Origin: Spongiibacteraceae bacterium
GTDB lineage: Bacteria; Pseudomonadota; Gammaproteobacteria; Pseudomonadales; CAMLJR01
Reading direction: 5' to 3'
Assembly: GCA_047602265.1 (NCBI GenBank)
Contig: JASGHU010000001.1
Location: forward strand, 254,252 to 318,251
DNA length: 64,000 bases
Position 1 is the first letter of the stretch; every line of letters starts with the position of its first letter. Position numbers and translations under genes: made by a program. Of the stretch, positions 9,480-17,082 are shown piece by piece. The notes beneath the pieces were generated by a model that made no database searches, was not told the DNA's origin, and was given only the letters and a program-made list of their open reading frames with translations.

Positions 9480-9503
9480 AGGCCCGCCATAGCGGGCCTT
9501 TTC
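9480..9503 (+). terminator. rho-independent terminator after ppnP
   Basis: GGCCCGC-cata-GCGGGCC followed by TTTT. Confidence 0.75.
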
Positions 9504-9549
9504 ATTACGCGATACGCTAACGATCACTCCATGATCGAACCCCGCTAGC

Positions 9550-10908
9550 GTGCGCATTCAATCCAAAATATTTCTGGCGATTCTCGGCTCCAGCCTGCTG
9601 CTGGTCGCGGCCGTACTCCTGTTATTTCAATGGAGCGTGACGACGGGCATGCTCGATTACGTCAACAATCGGCAAATACAGCGCGCCAACGAAGTGGCCG
9701 AAGAGCTCAAAGAGTTTTACCACGATGTCGGTAGCTGGGAGCCGCTACGCAACGACCCGCGATTATTTCGAGGCATCGTCTTCGAGGCACTGGACTCGCA
9801 CGATGGGCACAATCGCGGCGGTCGCTTACCGCGACCGCCAATTCCACTCGCACTCGTCGATCAGAATCAGCAACTGGTCGCGGGAATGCCGCCGCCACCG
9901 CCCATCAAGTTGGTCGCCGTCGAACTCGATGGCGTTAATGTCGGCTGGCTCGTGGTGCCGCAAGTGCGCGAAATCAATACCGGCTTCGAGCGCGAATTTT
10001 TGCGGCGACAACGAACCGCACTCGTCATCATCGGCACCGCATTAATCGCCGTTGCCGCGATCATTGCGTTTCCACTCGCGCGACATCTGGTAAAACCGAT
10101 TCGACAATTAGCGCACGGCACCGACGAACTTACGCATGGCAATTACGCGGTCAGCTTACCGACAACGCGTCGCGATGAACTCGGCGAACTCGCGCGCAAC
10201 TTCAACGAACTTGCACTGACACTGCAAGCCAACGACAGCAGCCGCAAACGCTGGCTCGCGGATATTTCGCATGAATTGCGTACGCCGCTGTCGATTTTGC
10301 GCGGCGAGCTCGAAGCGATTCTCGACGGCGTACGCCCCGCCGACAGCGCGCATCTGCAATCGCTGCATCAGGAAATCCAACATCTCAGCCGACTGGTCGA
10401 CGATCTGCATGCGCTGACCACGGCGGATATCGGCGGGCTGCAATATCGCAAAACACAATGCGATGTCGCCGAATTGTGGCGCGATCAATGCGCCGCGCAT
10501 CAACCCAAATTCGCTGCTGCGCAATTGACGCTGTCAGTCCAAATTCCCGAACAGGAAATCGATCTGTACGCCGATGAAGATCGTCTGCGTCAGTTGCTCG
10601 ACAACCTGCTCGACAACAGCCGCAAATACACCTCGGCCGGCGGCACCGTTCGCGTCGACGTTAACGCGCTACCGAATGGTGTTGAATTGATCGTGCAGGA
10701 CACGGCGCCAGGCGTGCCGGATTCGGCATTACCCAAATTATTCGACCATTTATTTCGTGTCGAGGATTCGCGCAATCGCGCCACCGGCGGCTCCGGTCTC
10801 GGCCTCGCGATCTGCCAGCGCATCGTCGTTGCGCACGAAGGCGAAATCAGCGCATCGCCATCGACCTTGGGTGGATTATTGGTGCGCGTATTTTTTCCTT
10901 ATCGATAA
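9550..10908 (+). CDS. envelope-stress type sensor histidine kinase (BaeS/CpxA-like)
   Basis: Two TM segments, a HAMP domain, H-box ISHELRTPLS, N-box LLDNSRKYT, and G-boxes DTAPGV and GGSGLGLAI. Confidence 0.85.
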   Translation: MRIQSKIFLAILGSSLLLVAAVLLLFQWSVTTGMLDYVNNRQIQRANEVAEELKEFYHDVGSWEPLRNDPRLFRGIVFEALDSHDGHNRGGRLPRPPIPLALVDQNQQLVAGMPPPPPIKLVAVELDGVNVGWLVVPQVREINTGFEREFLRRQRTALVIIGTALIAVAAIIAFPLARHLVKPIRQLAHGTDELTHGNYAVSLPTTRRDELGELARNFNELALTLQANDSSRKRWLADISHELRTPLSILRGELEAILDGVRPADSAHLQSLHQEIQHLSRLVDDLHALTTADIGGLQYRKTQCDVAELWRDQCAAHQPKFAAAQLTLSVQIPEQEIDLYADEDRLRQLLDNLLDNSRKYTSAGGTVRVDVNALPNGVELIVQDTAPGVPDSALPKLFDHLFRVEDSRNRATGGSGLGLAICQRIVVAHEGEISASPSTLGGLLVRVFFPYR

Positions 10909-10932
10909 CTTGTTTCGGCATCGGTAATTACC

Positions 10933-11616
10933 ATGAGCGCAGACAATACGATTCTCATCGTTGAAGACGAACCCAAATTGGCGAGTTTACTGGCCGATTA
11001 TTTGCGGCAAGCGGAATTTGAGCCGCATATTGTCGACGACGGCAATCGCGTCATCGATACGATTAAAACGCTGCAACCCGCCGCTGTGCTGCTCGATCTC
11101 ATGTTGCCCGGCCGCGATGGCATCAGTTTGTGCCGCGATATTCGCACATTTTCGCAAGTGCCGATTTTGATGGTGACGGCACGCGTTGAAGAAGTCGATC
11201 GATTGCTCGGTTTGGAACTCGGCGCCGACGATTACATCTGCAAACCGTTTAGCCCGCGCGAAGTTGTATCGCGTGTGAAAGCGGTGTTGCGCCGCATACG
11301 CAGCAATGATGCAAAAATCGACGATGGCTTCGTTCTCGACGAGCATCGACTCGAAGTGCGCTTCGAGCAGCGATCGACCGCACTAACTGCAGTGGAGTTC
11401 CAATTGCTCGCGCACCTGGCCAGCGAGCCGGGCCGAATTTTTTCGCGCGATCATTTGATGTCGACGATGTATAACGACCATCGCATCGTCAGCGACCGCA
11501 CCATCGACAGTCATATCAAGAAGCTGCGCAAAAAACTCTCAGAGATATGGCCTGAGCATGAGTTCGTGCATTCGGTATACGGCGCCGGATATCGCTTTGA
11601 ACTCACAGACCTTTAA
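10933..11616 (+). CDS. OmpR-family response regulator (BaeR/CpxR-like)
   Basis: Receiver domain (ILIVEDEP...LLDLMLPGRDG...KPF) plus a winged-helix domain (LTAVEFQLLAHLASEPGRIFSRD...VYGAGYRF). Confidence 0.9.
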   Translation: MSADNTILIVEDEPKLASLLADYLRQAEFEPHIVDDGNRVIDTIKTLQPAAVLLDLMLPGRDGISLCRDIRTFSQVPILMVTARVEEVDRLLGLELGADDYICKPFSPREVVSRVKAVLRRIRSNDAKIDDGFVLDEHRLEVRFEQRSTALTAVEFQLLAHLASEPGRIFSRDHLMSTMYNDHRIVSDRTIDSHIKKLRKKLSEIWPEHEFVHSVYGAGYRFELTDL

Positions 11617-11768
11617 TGCAGATCAACGTGCATTCCTTTTTTCTGCGTATTGTTTGCATAATTTCTACACAAAGTAGCGCTAACCTGATACCAGCTAAAG
11701 GCAATGACCACAGGTGGTCATACGCACGTAGCCACACAAACCGCACCTATTTCAACGAGGAAATTGCG

Positions 11769-12215
11769 ATGAAAAAATTTCTGACTGTTTGCGGCCTGAT
11801 CGGCGCCATCTCTCTGGCCGCCATCGCTGCAAACGCACAACAGCCACAAACAACGAACAACGATCAACCCATGGAAAAGCATCGGATGATGCGCGAGCAC
11901 AAATTCGATCCCGCCGAGCGCGCAGCGCATTTGCAAAAGACCTTGCAACTGAGCGACGAGCAGACCGCAAAGATCAAGAAGTTATTTGAAGACAGCGAGA
12001 AGCAACGCAATGCGATCGACGAGAAATACAAGCCGCAATTCGAAGCGTTTCATGCCGACATGAAAAAACTGCATGAGCAGACGCATACACAGGTCAACGG
12101 CGTGTTGACTCCGAAACAGCAACAGGCCTTTGAAGCGCAGCGCAAACAACACGACGAGGAAATGTGCCCTCGCCACGACAATGATGGGCATGGCGACAAG
12201 CACAGCCACCGTTAA
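11769..12215 (+). CDS. periplasmic Spy/CpxP-family (LTxxQ-motif) protein with His-rich tail
   Basis: The internal ATG at 11769 is preceded by GAGGA. There is a signal peptide (MKKFLTVCGLIGAISLAAIAANA), two LxxxQ motifs (LSDEQTAKIKKL and LTPKQQQAFEA), and the C-terminus is CPRHDNDGHGDKHSHR. Confidence 0.6.
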   Translation: MKKFLTVCGLIGAISLAAIAANAQQPQTTNNDQPMEKHRMMREHKFDPAERAAHLQKTLQLSDEQTAKIKKLFEDSEKQRNAIDEKYKPQFEAFHADMKKLHEQTHTQVNGVLTPKQQQAFEAQRKQHDEEMCPRHDNDGHGDKHSHR

Positions 12216-12254
12216 CACACCGCATTCTCGATTTACCCTCCAGAGAGAAACCTT

Positions 12255-12276
12255 GGCCGCGCAAGCGGCCTTTTTT
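12255..12276 (+). terminator. rho-independent terminator after the Spy-like gene
   Basis: GGCCGC-gcaa-GCGGCC followed by TTTTTT. Confidence 0.8.
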
Positions 12277-12412
12277 ATACCGCTCGCATAAATTCTCGAA
12301 CGCGCTCACAACCGCTGCACGTCGAGCAGAAGTCCGGCTTGGTCGCACCAAGCGCATGCGGCATACTACGCCCGCGATGTCTCCCGCATAACCCGATCAT
12401 TGAGAGCCTTCG

Positions 12413-14146
12413 ATGCGCAACTCTATCGCTACCATTTTTTTAGTGCTCGCCGCGCTGTGCGCTTCTCCCGTTGCCGTGAGTCAAGAATCGACACCGGCGG
12501 AGACAACCATCCAGCCAAGTCTTGAACAACAGCTGACGCAATTACTTGAGAGTGCCGAAAGAAAACAACGCGCGCTCGACGCACTCGGCAAACGCCGCGC
12601 TGAATTGCCGGCCGGGATGGCGAGTGTGCAAGTCGATAACGAAATCGAAGCGACACAAAAACAGCTCAACGATCTGCGCGAGCAATTTCAGCAACTCGCT
12701 ACCAACAATTTCAATTTCAGTCTGTCCCCCATCAACCCGGCACCGCAAGTCGATATCAATTGGCAAAAAGATATTATTCAGATCATTCATCCGCTGCTGC
12801 GCGAAATGAAAGATCTGACCGAGCGGCCGCGCATGATCGAAAAGCTCAACGGCGAGATCAACCTGTATCGCGAGCAGGCGGCCGATCTGGAAAGCAGCCT
12901 TGCCAATCTGCAGAAATTGCAAACCGGCGTTACCAATCCGCAGGTTTTGCGCTCGCTCAAATCGCTTGCCGCGAACATCAACGAACGGCATGCCGATATC
13001 GATCAAAAGCTCAACGTGCTCGATCGGCAATTGCAGGAATTGCGCGAGCGGCCATCGGAATTTTCCGCAGCGTTTGCAGCCGGTGTGCGCTCGTTTGCAA
13101 TCAATGTCGGTCTCTATCTATTGCTCGCTGCAGCAGTAAGTCTGGCGATATTTTTAATCGTGAGACTTATCGGCAAATTAATCGGCAAGGCGATTCTTGA
13201 CCGTTACGATGAGCGTTTGATTTTTGTCGAACGTGGCGTGCATTTGCTGACGCAGGTATTGAGCGCGATATTCGCCGTACTCAGCTTTCTGGCCGTGCTA
13301 TACGCGGTCGATGCTTGGGTTTTGTTTGCATTATTTCTGATCATTACGCTTGGCTTAGTGCTGAGCTTGCGCAGCATGGTACCGACCTACGTCATGGAAA
13401 TGCGCACACTGCTCAATCTCGGTTCGCTGCGACAAAACGAGCGGCTGATATTGAACGGACTGCCGTGGCGGATCGTCGCGCTCGATGTGTATACGCTGCT
13501 GCATAATCCCTCACTGAACGCATTCATGCGCATGCCGCTCATGCAGATTTCGAAAATGAGCTCGCGGCCATCGCAACCCAACGAGCCGTGGTTTCCCACC
13601 GAAGTGGGCGATTATGTGTTGCTGCTCGACGGCATGTTTGGCCGCGTCGAATTTCAAACGCCGGAAACGGTGCAGGTGAATTTTGGCGAAGCGATGGTGC
13701 ACTATCGCACCGAACAATTTCTGAATCAGCGCCCGCAGAATCTCACCAAGCGCGGCTTCACTGTCGGCACCGATTTCGGTATCGATTATCAACATCGGCA
13801 CGAAGCGACAAGCACAATTGTCGACACCCTGCGCTATGAACTCGAAGGTGCGATCCGCGATACCGAATTCGGCGAACACAATCTCGCCACCAACGTCGAA
13901 ACGAAAATTGCGGGCGCCTCGTCGCTCGACTTCCGCATTAGCGCCACCTTCAACGGCAACGCGGCGGAAATGTATTTCCGCATTCAGCGTTGGCTGCAAA
14001 AATTTGCGATCGACTGCGCCAACAAACACGGCTGGGAAATTCCATTCCCGCAGATGACCGTGCACTACAGTAAAGAAAAACCCAAATTGCAAATGATCGA
14101 TCCGTCTCGCGACGATGATGTGCCGCCGGAAATGGTGCACATGTAG
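12413..14146 (+). CDS. MscS-family mechanosensitive channel with long N-terminal periplasmic coiled coil
   Basis: A signal peptide and ~200-aa coiled coil are followed by several TM helices. The MscS beta-domain follows (GDYVLLLDGMFGRVEFQTPETVQV), then a C-terminal alpha/beta domain. Confidence 0.75.
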   Translation: MRNSIATIFLVLAALCASPVAVSQESTPAETTIQPSLEQQLTQLLESAERKQRALDALGKRRAELPAGMASVQVDNEIEATQKQLNDLREQFQQLATNNFNFSLSPINPAPQVDINWQKDIIQIIHPLLREMKDLTERPRMIEKLNGEINLYREQAADLESSLANLQKLQTGVTNPQVLRSLKSLAANINERHADIDQKLNVLDRQLQELRERPSEFSAAFAAGVRSFAINVGLYLLLAAAVSLAIFLIVRLIGKLIGKAILDRYDERLIFVERGVHLLTQVLSAIFAVLSFLAVLYAVDAWVLFALFLIITLGLVLSLRSMVPTYVMEMRTLLNLGSLRQNERLILNGLPWRIVALDVYTLLHNPSLNAFMRMPLMQISKMSSRPSQPNEPWFPTEVGDYVLLLDGMFGRVEFQTPETVQVNFGEAMVHYRTEQFLNQRPQNLTKRGFTVGTDFGIDYQHRHEATSTIVDTLRYELEGAIRDTEFGEHNLATNVETKIAGASSLDFRISATFNGNAAEMYFRIQRWLQKFAIDCANKHGWEIPFPQMTVHYSKEKPKLQMIDPSRDDDVPPEMVHM

Positions 14147-14164
14147 AAATGGTAAAAATATAAA

Positions 14165-14629
14165 TTGAGCACAATCTGGATCGACGCCGACGCCTGTCCG
14201 CGCATACTGAAAGATGTGTTGTGCCGCGCAGCCATACGCCTGCAGCGGCCGCTGATTTTTGTAGCGCATCAAGCACTGCAAATTCCCGTATCGGAATGGA
14301 TTCGCCGTGTGCAGGTTGAACCGGGTTTCGATGCGGCCGATCGCTATATCGAAGAAAACGCCGGCAAAGGCGATCTCGTCATCACCAACGATATTCCGCT
14401 CGCTGCAAACGTCATTCCGAATGGCGTCGCGGTGATCAATACACGCGGCGAAATTCTCGACAAAGAAAATGTGCGCGAACGTTTACGCGTGCGCAATCTG
14501 ATGGAAGAAATTCGCGCGACGGGTCAAATGACCGGCGGCCCACCTCCGCTCGATAATGCCGACAAAGCGAAATTCGCGAATGCACTCGACCGCTGGTTAG
14601 CGCGCAACCCGGTCAAAAAATCTGACTGA
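14165..14629 (+). CDS. yaiI: YaiI/YqxD family protein (UPF0178)
   Basis: IWIDADACPRILKDVL...FVA...DAADRYIEENAGKGDLVITNDIPLAA is the family signature. The start codon is TTG. Confidence 0.8.
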   Translation: MSTIWIDADACPRILKDVLCRAAIRLQRPLIFVAHQALQIPVSEWIRRVQVEPGFDAADRYIEENAGKGDLVITNDIPLAANVIPNGVAVINTRGEILDKENVRERLRVRNLMEEIRATGQMTGGPPPLDNADKAKFANALDRWLARNPVKKSD

Positions 14630-14630
14630 T

Positions 14631-15464
14631 CTAATCCTTCGCTTCGAGCAGGAATTCGGCCTCGCCTGCTTTCCCCAGCAATGTTTGCAATTCCGGCATC
14701 AGCACTTTTAGCTGATCGTGCAACACCCATGGCGGATTGATAATAAATAGACCGCTGCCGAACATGCCGAACTCGCCTTGCGGATTTTCGACTTTCAATT
14801 CAACGCGCAATGACGACACTTTCAACTCCGCGAGTTTTTTCGGCAGCCGCTGCGCTTCAGCGCGCGACAGCAGCGGATACCAGACGATGTAGGTGCCCGT
14901 GCTGAAACGCTGCAAGGCATCCTGCAATGCGCGCACGACATGCTCGTAATCGTCTTTCAATTCGTAGGGCGGATCGATCAGTACCACCGCGCGGCGCGGT
15001 GGTGGCGGCAACAGCGCTTTCAATCCAGCGAAGCCATCGCTTTGCGCTATGTGCGCACGCCGATCGCCTTCGAAATTTTCTTTCAATAATTCGACATCCT
15101 GCGGATGCAGCTCAAATAAACGCAGGCGGTCATCGTCGCGCAACAAATATTCGGCAATCATCGGCGAACCTGGATAGCCGCGCGGAATGACTCTGCGCAA
15201 TTCATCGATCGCCGCGATATACGGTTGCAATGATGCGGGCAGCTCGTCGCGATGTTCGAGCAGGCGTTCGATACCGGTTTTGAACTCGGCATTTTTTTTC
15301 GCCTCGCTGCTATCCAACGCATACACACCGGCGCCCGCGTGCGTATCGATGTACCAGAAAGGTTTTTCTTTTTGTTTCAGATAGTCGATGACCAACGCCA
15401 GCACGGCGTGCTTGAGAACATCGGCGTGATTGCCGGCGTGAAAAGCGTGGCGATAACTCAGCAT
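14631..15464 (-). CDS. rlmJ: 23S rRNA (adenine2030-N6)-methyltransferase RlmJ
   Basis: The N-terminus MLSYRHAFHAGNHADVLKH and the motif LIDPPYE are diagnostic. I placed the start at the internal ATG at 15464 rather than the ORF-track start at 15521. Confidence 0.85.
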   Translation of the reverse strand: MLSYRHAFHAGNHADVLKHAVLALVIDYLKQKEKPFWYIDTHAGAGVYALDSSEAKKNAEFKTGIERLLEHRDELPASLQPYIAAIDELRRVIPRGYPGSPMIAEYLLRDDDRLRLFELHPQDVELLKENFEGDRRAHIAQSDGFAGLKALLPPPPRRAVVLIDPPYELKDDYEHVVRALQDALQRFSTGTYIVWYPLLSRAEAQRLPKKLAELKVSSLRVELKVENPQGEFGMFGSGLFIINPPWVLHDQLKVLMPELQTLLGKAGEAEFLLEAKD

Positions 15465-15647
15465 GTGATCGACTCGACAGAACTTGATGGCGCGAACAGA
15501 TGCGCAGTCTGCCCATCGCACGACGGCGGCGCAATTTTTATCGAATTTTTTCTTGCCGCATTCAGGATCGGTTCAGGGGCAGAAACCTATTCTGATCCTG
15601 CAAGCCGCAAAAAGCGGCCAACCAAGGAAAAGAAGAGGAACGACATC

Positions 15648-15971
15648 ATGAAAAAACTCTGGTTAAGCGCTTTCGCCGCCGCCTGCTTGCTGGCCGGTAA
15701 CGCAGCTCAGGCCGGAGATCATGGGCGCCATGGCGATTGGGATGGCGATCGCGGTTATCGCGAATATCACCATCACCACGATCATGGCTACCACCGTGGC
15801 TGGGGCTATCGTCCGGTATTCGTTGCGCGACCCGTCGTCTACTCGCGACCGGTGTACTACGAGCGCCCCGTGTACTACGAACGCCCGGTCTATTACGAGC
15901 GTCCGGCGTATTACGGTCGTGATTATGACCGCGATGGAGAAATCCACGGTTCCATCACGGTCGGCTTCTAA
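15648..15971 (+). CDS. small secreted His/Tyr/Pro-rich repeat protein (unknown family)
   Basis: The ATG at 15648 gives 107 aa with the signal peptide MKKLWLSAFAAACLLAGNAAQA. An HHHHDH stretch follows, then four tandem RP(V/A)YY(E) units. The ORF-track extension back to 15252 is antisense to rlmJ. Confidence 0.55.
   Translation: MKKLWLSAFAAACLLAGNAAQAGDHGRHGDWDGDRGYREYHHHHDHGYHRGWGYRPVFVARPVVYSRPVYYERPVYYERPVYYERPAYYGRDYDRDGEIHGSITVGF
15846..15914 (+). repeat. in-frame 18-nt tandem repeat (about 4 units) encoding RPVYYE
   Basis: CGA CCG GTG TAC TAC GAG, then CGC CCC GTG TAC TAC GAA, then CGC CCG GTC TAT TAC GAG, then CGT CCG GCG TAT TAC. Confidence 0.8.
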
Positions 15972-15990
15972 GACCACCGCGTGCTGTCGA

Positions 15991-16431
15991 TTAAGACCGT
16001 CTTGAGCTATCGATGATCGGCAGCAGCGCGCGATCCAAGGTGTGCAGTTCGTTATGATCTGCTGTCAGTAATTGCAGTTTGGCGGCGCGAGGCAAACGCT
16101 TGATGGCGGCCTCGCGCCGCGATGCCGAACTGCGATCGTGACCGCTTTCGATATACGCCAACTGCAAGGGTTTGCGCCCGCGAAAAAACTTGGCGCCGCG
16201 ATTCGGCGAGCGCACAGTTTCCGCAGCGCTCACTCCCTCCTTGCATCGCCCGCTACTGCAGCGATCGACATCGCCAACACGCATCTCTTCGTTCTGACGT
16301 ACGTCGCGCTGATGCACGCCACTGTGCTCGCGCCAGCGGCGGACCATATCGGTGGTAATACCGGTATACAAACGGTCATCGTCGCAACGAATCATGTATA
16401 CGAACCAACCGTTGTCGTCGTTCGATGACAT
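15991..16431 (-). CDS. GIY-YIG nuclease-family protein (UPF0213-like) with an internal insertion
   Basis: WFVYMIRCDDDRLYTGITTDMVRRWREH (GIY-YIG) is separated from GAKFFRGRKPLQLAY...DRSSASRREAAIKRL by about 38 extra residues. I placed the start at 16431 (MSSNDDNGW). Confidence 0.7.
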   Translation of the reverse strand: MSSNDDNGWFVYMIRCDDDRLYTGITTDMVRRWREHSGVHQRDVRQNEEMRVGDVDRCSSGRCKEGVSAAETVRSPNRGAKFFRGRKPLQLAYIESGHDRSSASRREAAIKRLPRAAKLQLLTADHNELHTLDRALLPIIDSSRRS

Positions 16432-16469
16432 CGCTATGCTCTTAGCGCATTTCGCACGCAATCGTTGTT

Positions 16470-16514
16470 TGCACGTCAACATCCTGCACTTCAACATGCT
16501 GCACGTTAACACCC
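16470..16514. repeat. three phased 15-nt tandem repeats in a divergent promoter region
   Basis: TGCACGTCAACATCC, then TGCACTTCAACATGC, then TGCACGTTAACACCC. Confidence 0.8.
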
Positions 16515-16544
16515 AAGGCATCGTTTATCAGGAGGATATTCCCA

Positions 16545-16847
16545 ATGAAAAATCTCGTTACGCTCTGTCTCGCTGTCGCTATCAGCACTCTCGCTGCCGG
16601 TGTTGCCACCGCCAGTCAAACCACGCTCTGTAAGGCTCACGGACAGGAACGCAAAATTGAACTGATCGAAAACGATCAGGGCTGCCAAGTAAACTATACC
16701 AAGGGCGACGAAAGCAAAACGCTGTGGAGCTCCGCACGCAGCACGTATTGCGCACCCCACGCGGCGGAATTCATCGAAAAACAAAAGGGCTGGGGATTCG
16801 AATGCGCAGCGGCTGAACCTGCGGCCGACACCGCCACCGCGCAGTAA
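16545..16847 (+). CDS. small secreted Cys-containing protein (hypothetical)
   Basis: 100 aa with the signal peptide MKNLVTLCLAVAISTLAAGVATA, four Cys residues in the mature part, and AGGAGG 8 nt upstream of the ATG. Confidence 0.5.
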   Translation: MKNLVTLCLAVAISTLAAGVATASQTTLCKAHGQERKIELIENDQGCQVNYTKGDESKTLWSSARSTYCAPHAAEFIEKQKGWGFECAAAEPAADTATAQ

Positions 16848-16983
16848 TCGGTTGGGCGCAGTCAGCGACTTCGACCAGCCCACCTCGCCTCTCCTGCTAC
16901 GGCGCTCGCTTTCAGAGCGCCCGATCACCAACGCAGCCGCCTCGCCCGCAATCTCACAAAAGCCTATCCCCGAAAATACCCTG

Positions 16984-16999
16984 TGCTAGAATGCGCGCC
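16984..16999 (+). promoter_or_regulatory. candidate extended -10 promoter of rapA
   Basis: TGC-TAGAAT (16984-16992) is followed by the GC-rich discriminator GCGCGCC. The same 13-mer occurs in the deaD leader. Confidence 0.35.
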
Positions 17000-17082
17000 C
17001 CGCGCAGCGCCAGACGCCATTGCTGGCGGCGCCGCATCATCTCTCACCCCGTTCATCGTTTACTTACATTCAGTTGGGCAGT

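Noticed and set aside
14144-14155. In-frame double stops occur after the MscS-like gene (TAG AAA TGG TAA), and TGA TAG occurs after the lipid kinase gene at 25746-25751.
   Set aside because: Nearby second stops are expected by chance in AT-rich spacers. Unlike the rapA, cysW and sbp arrays, they are not part of a repeated unit.
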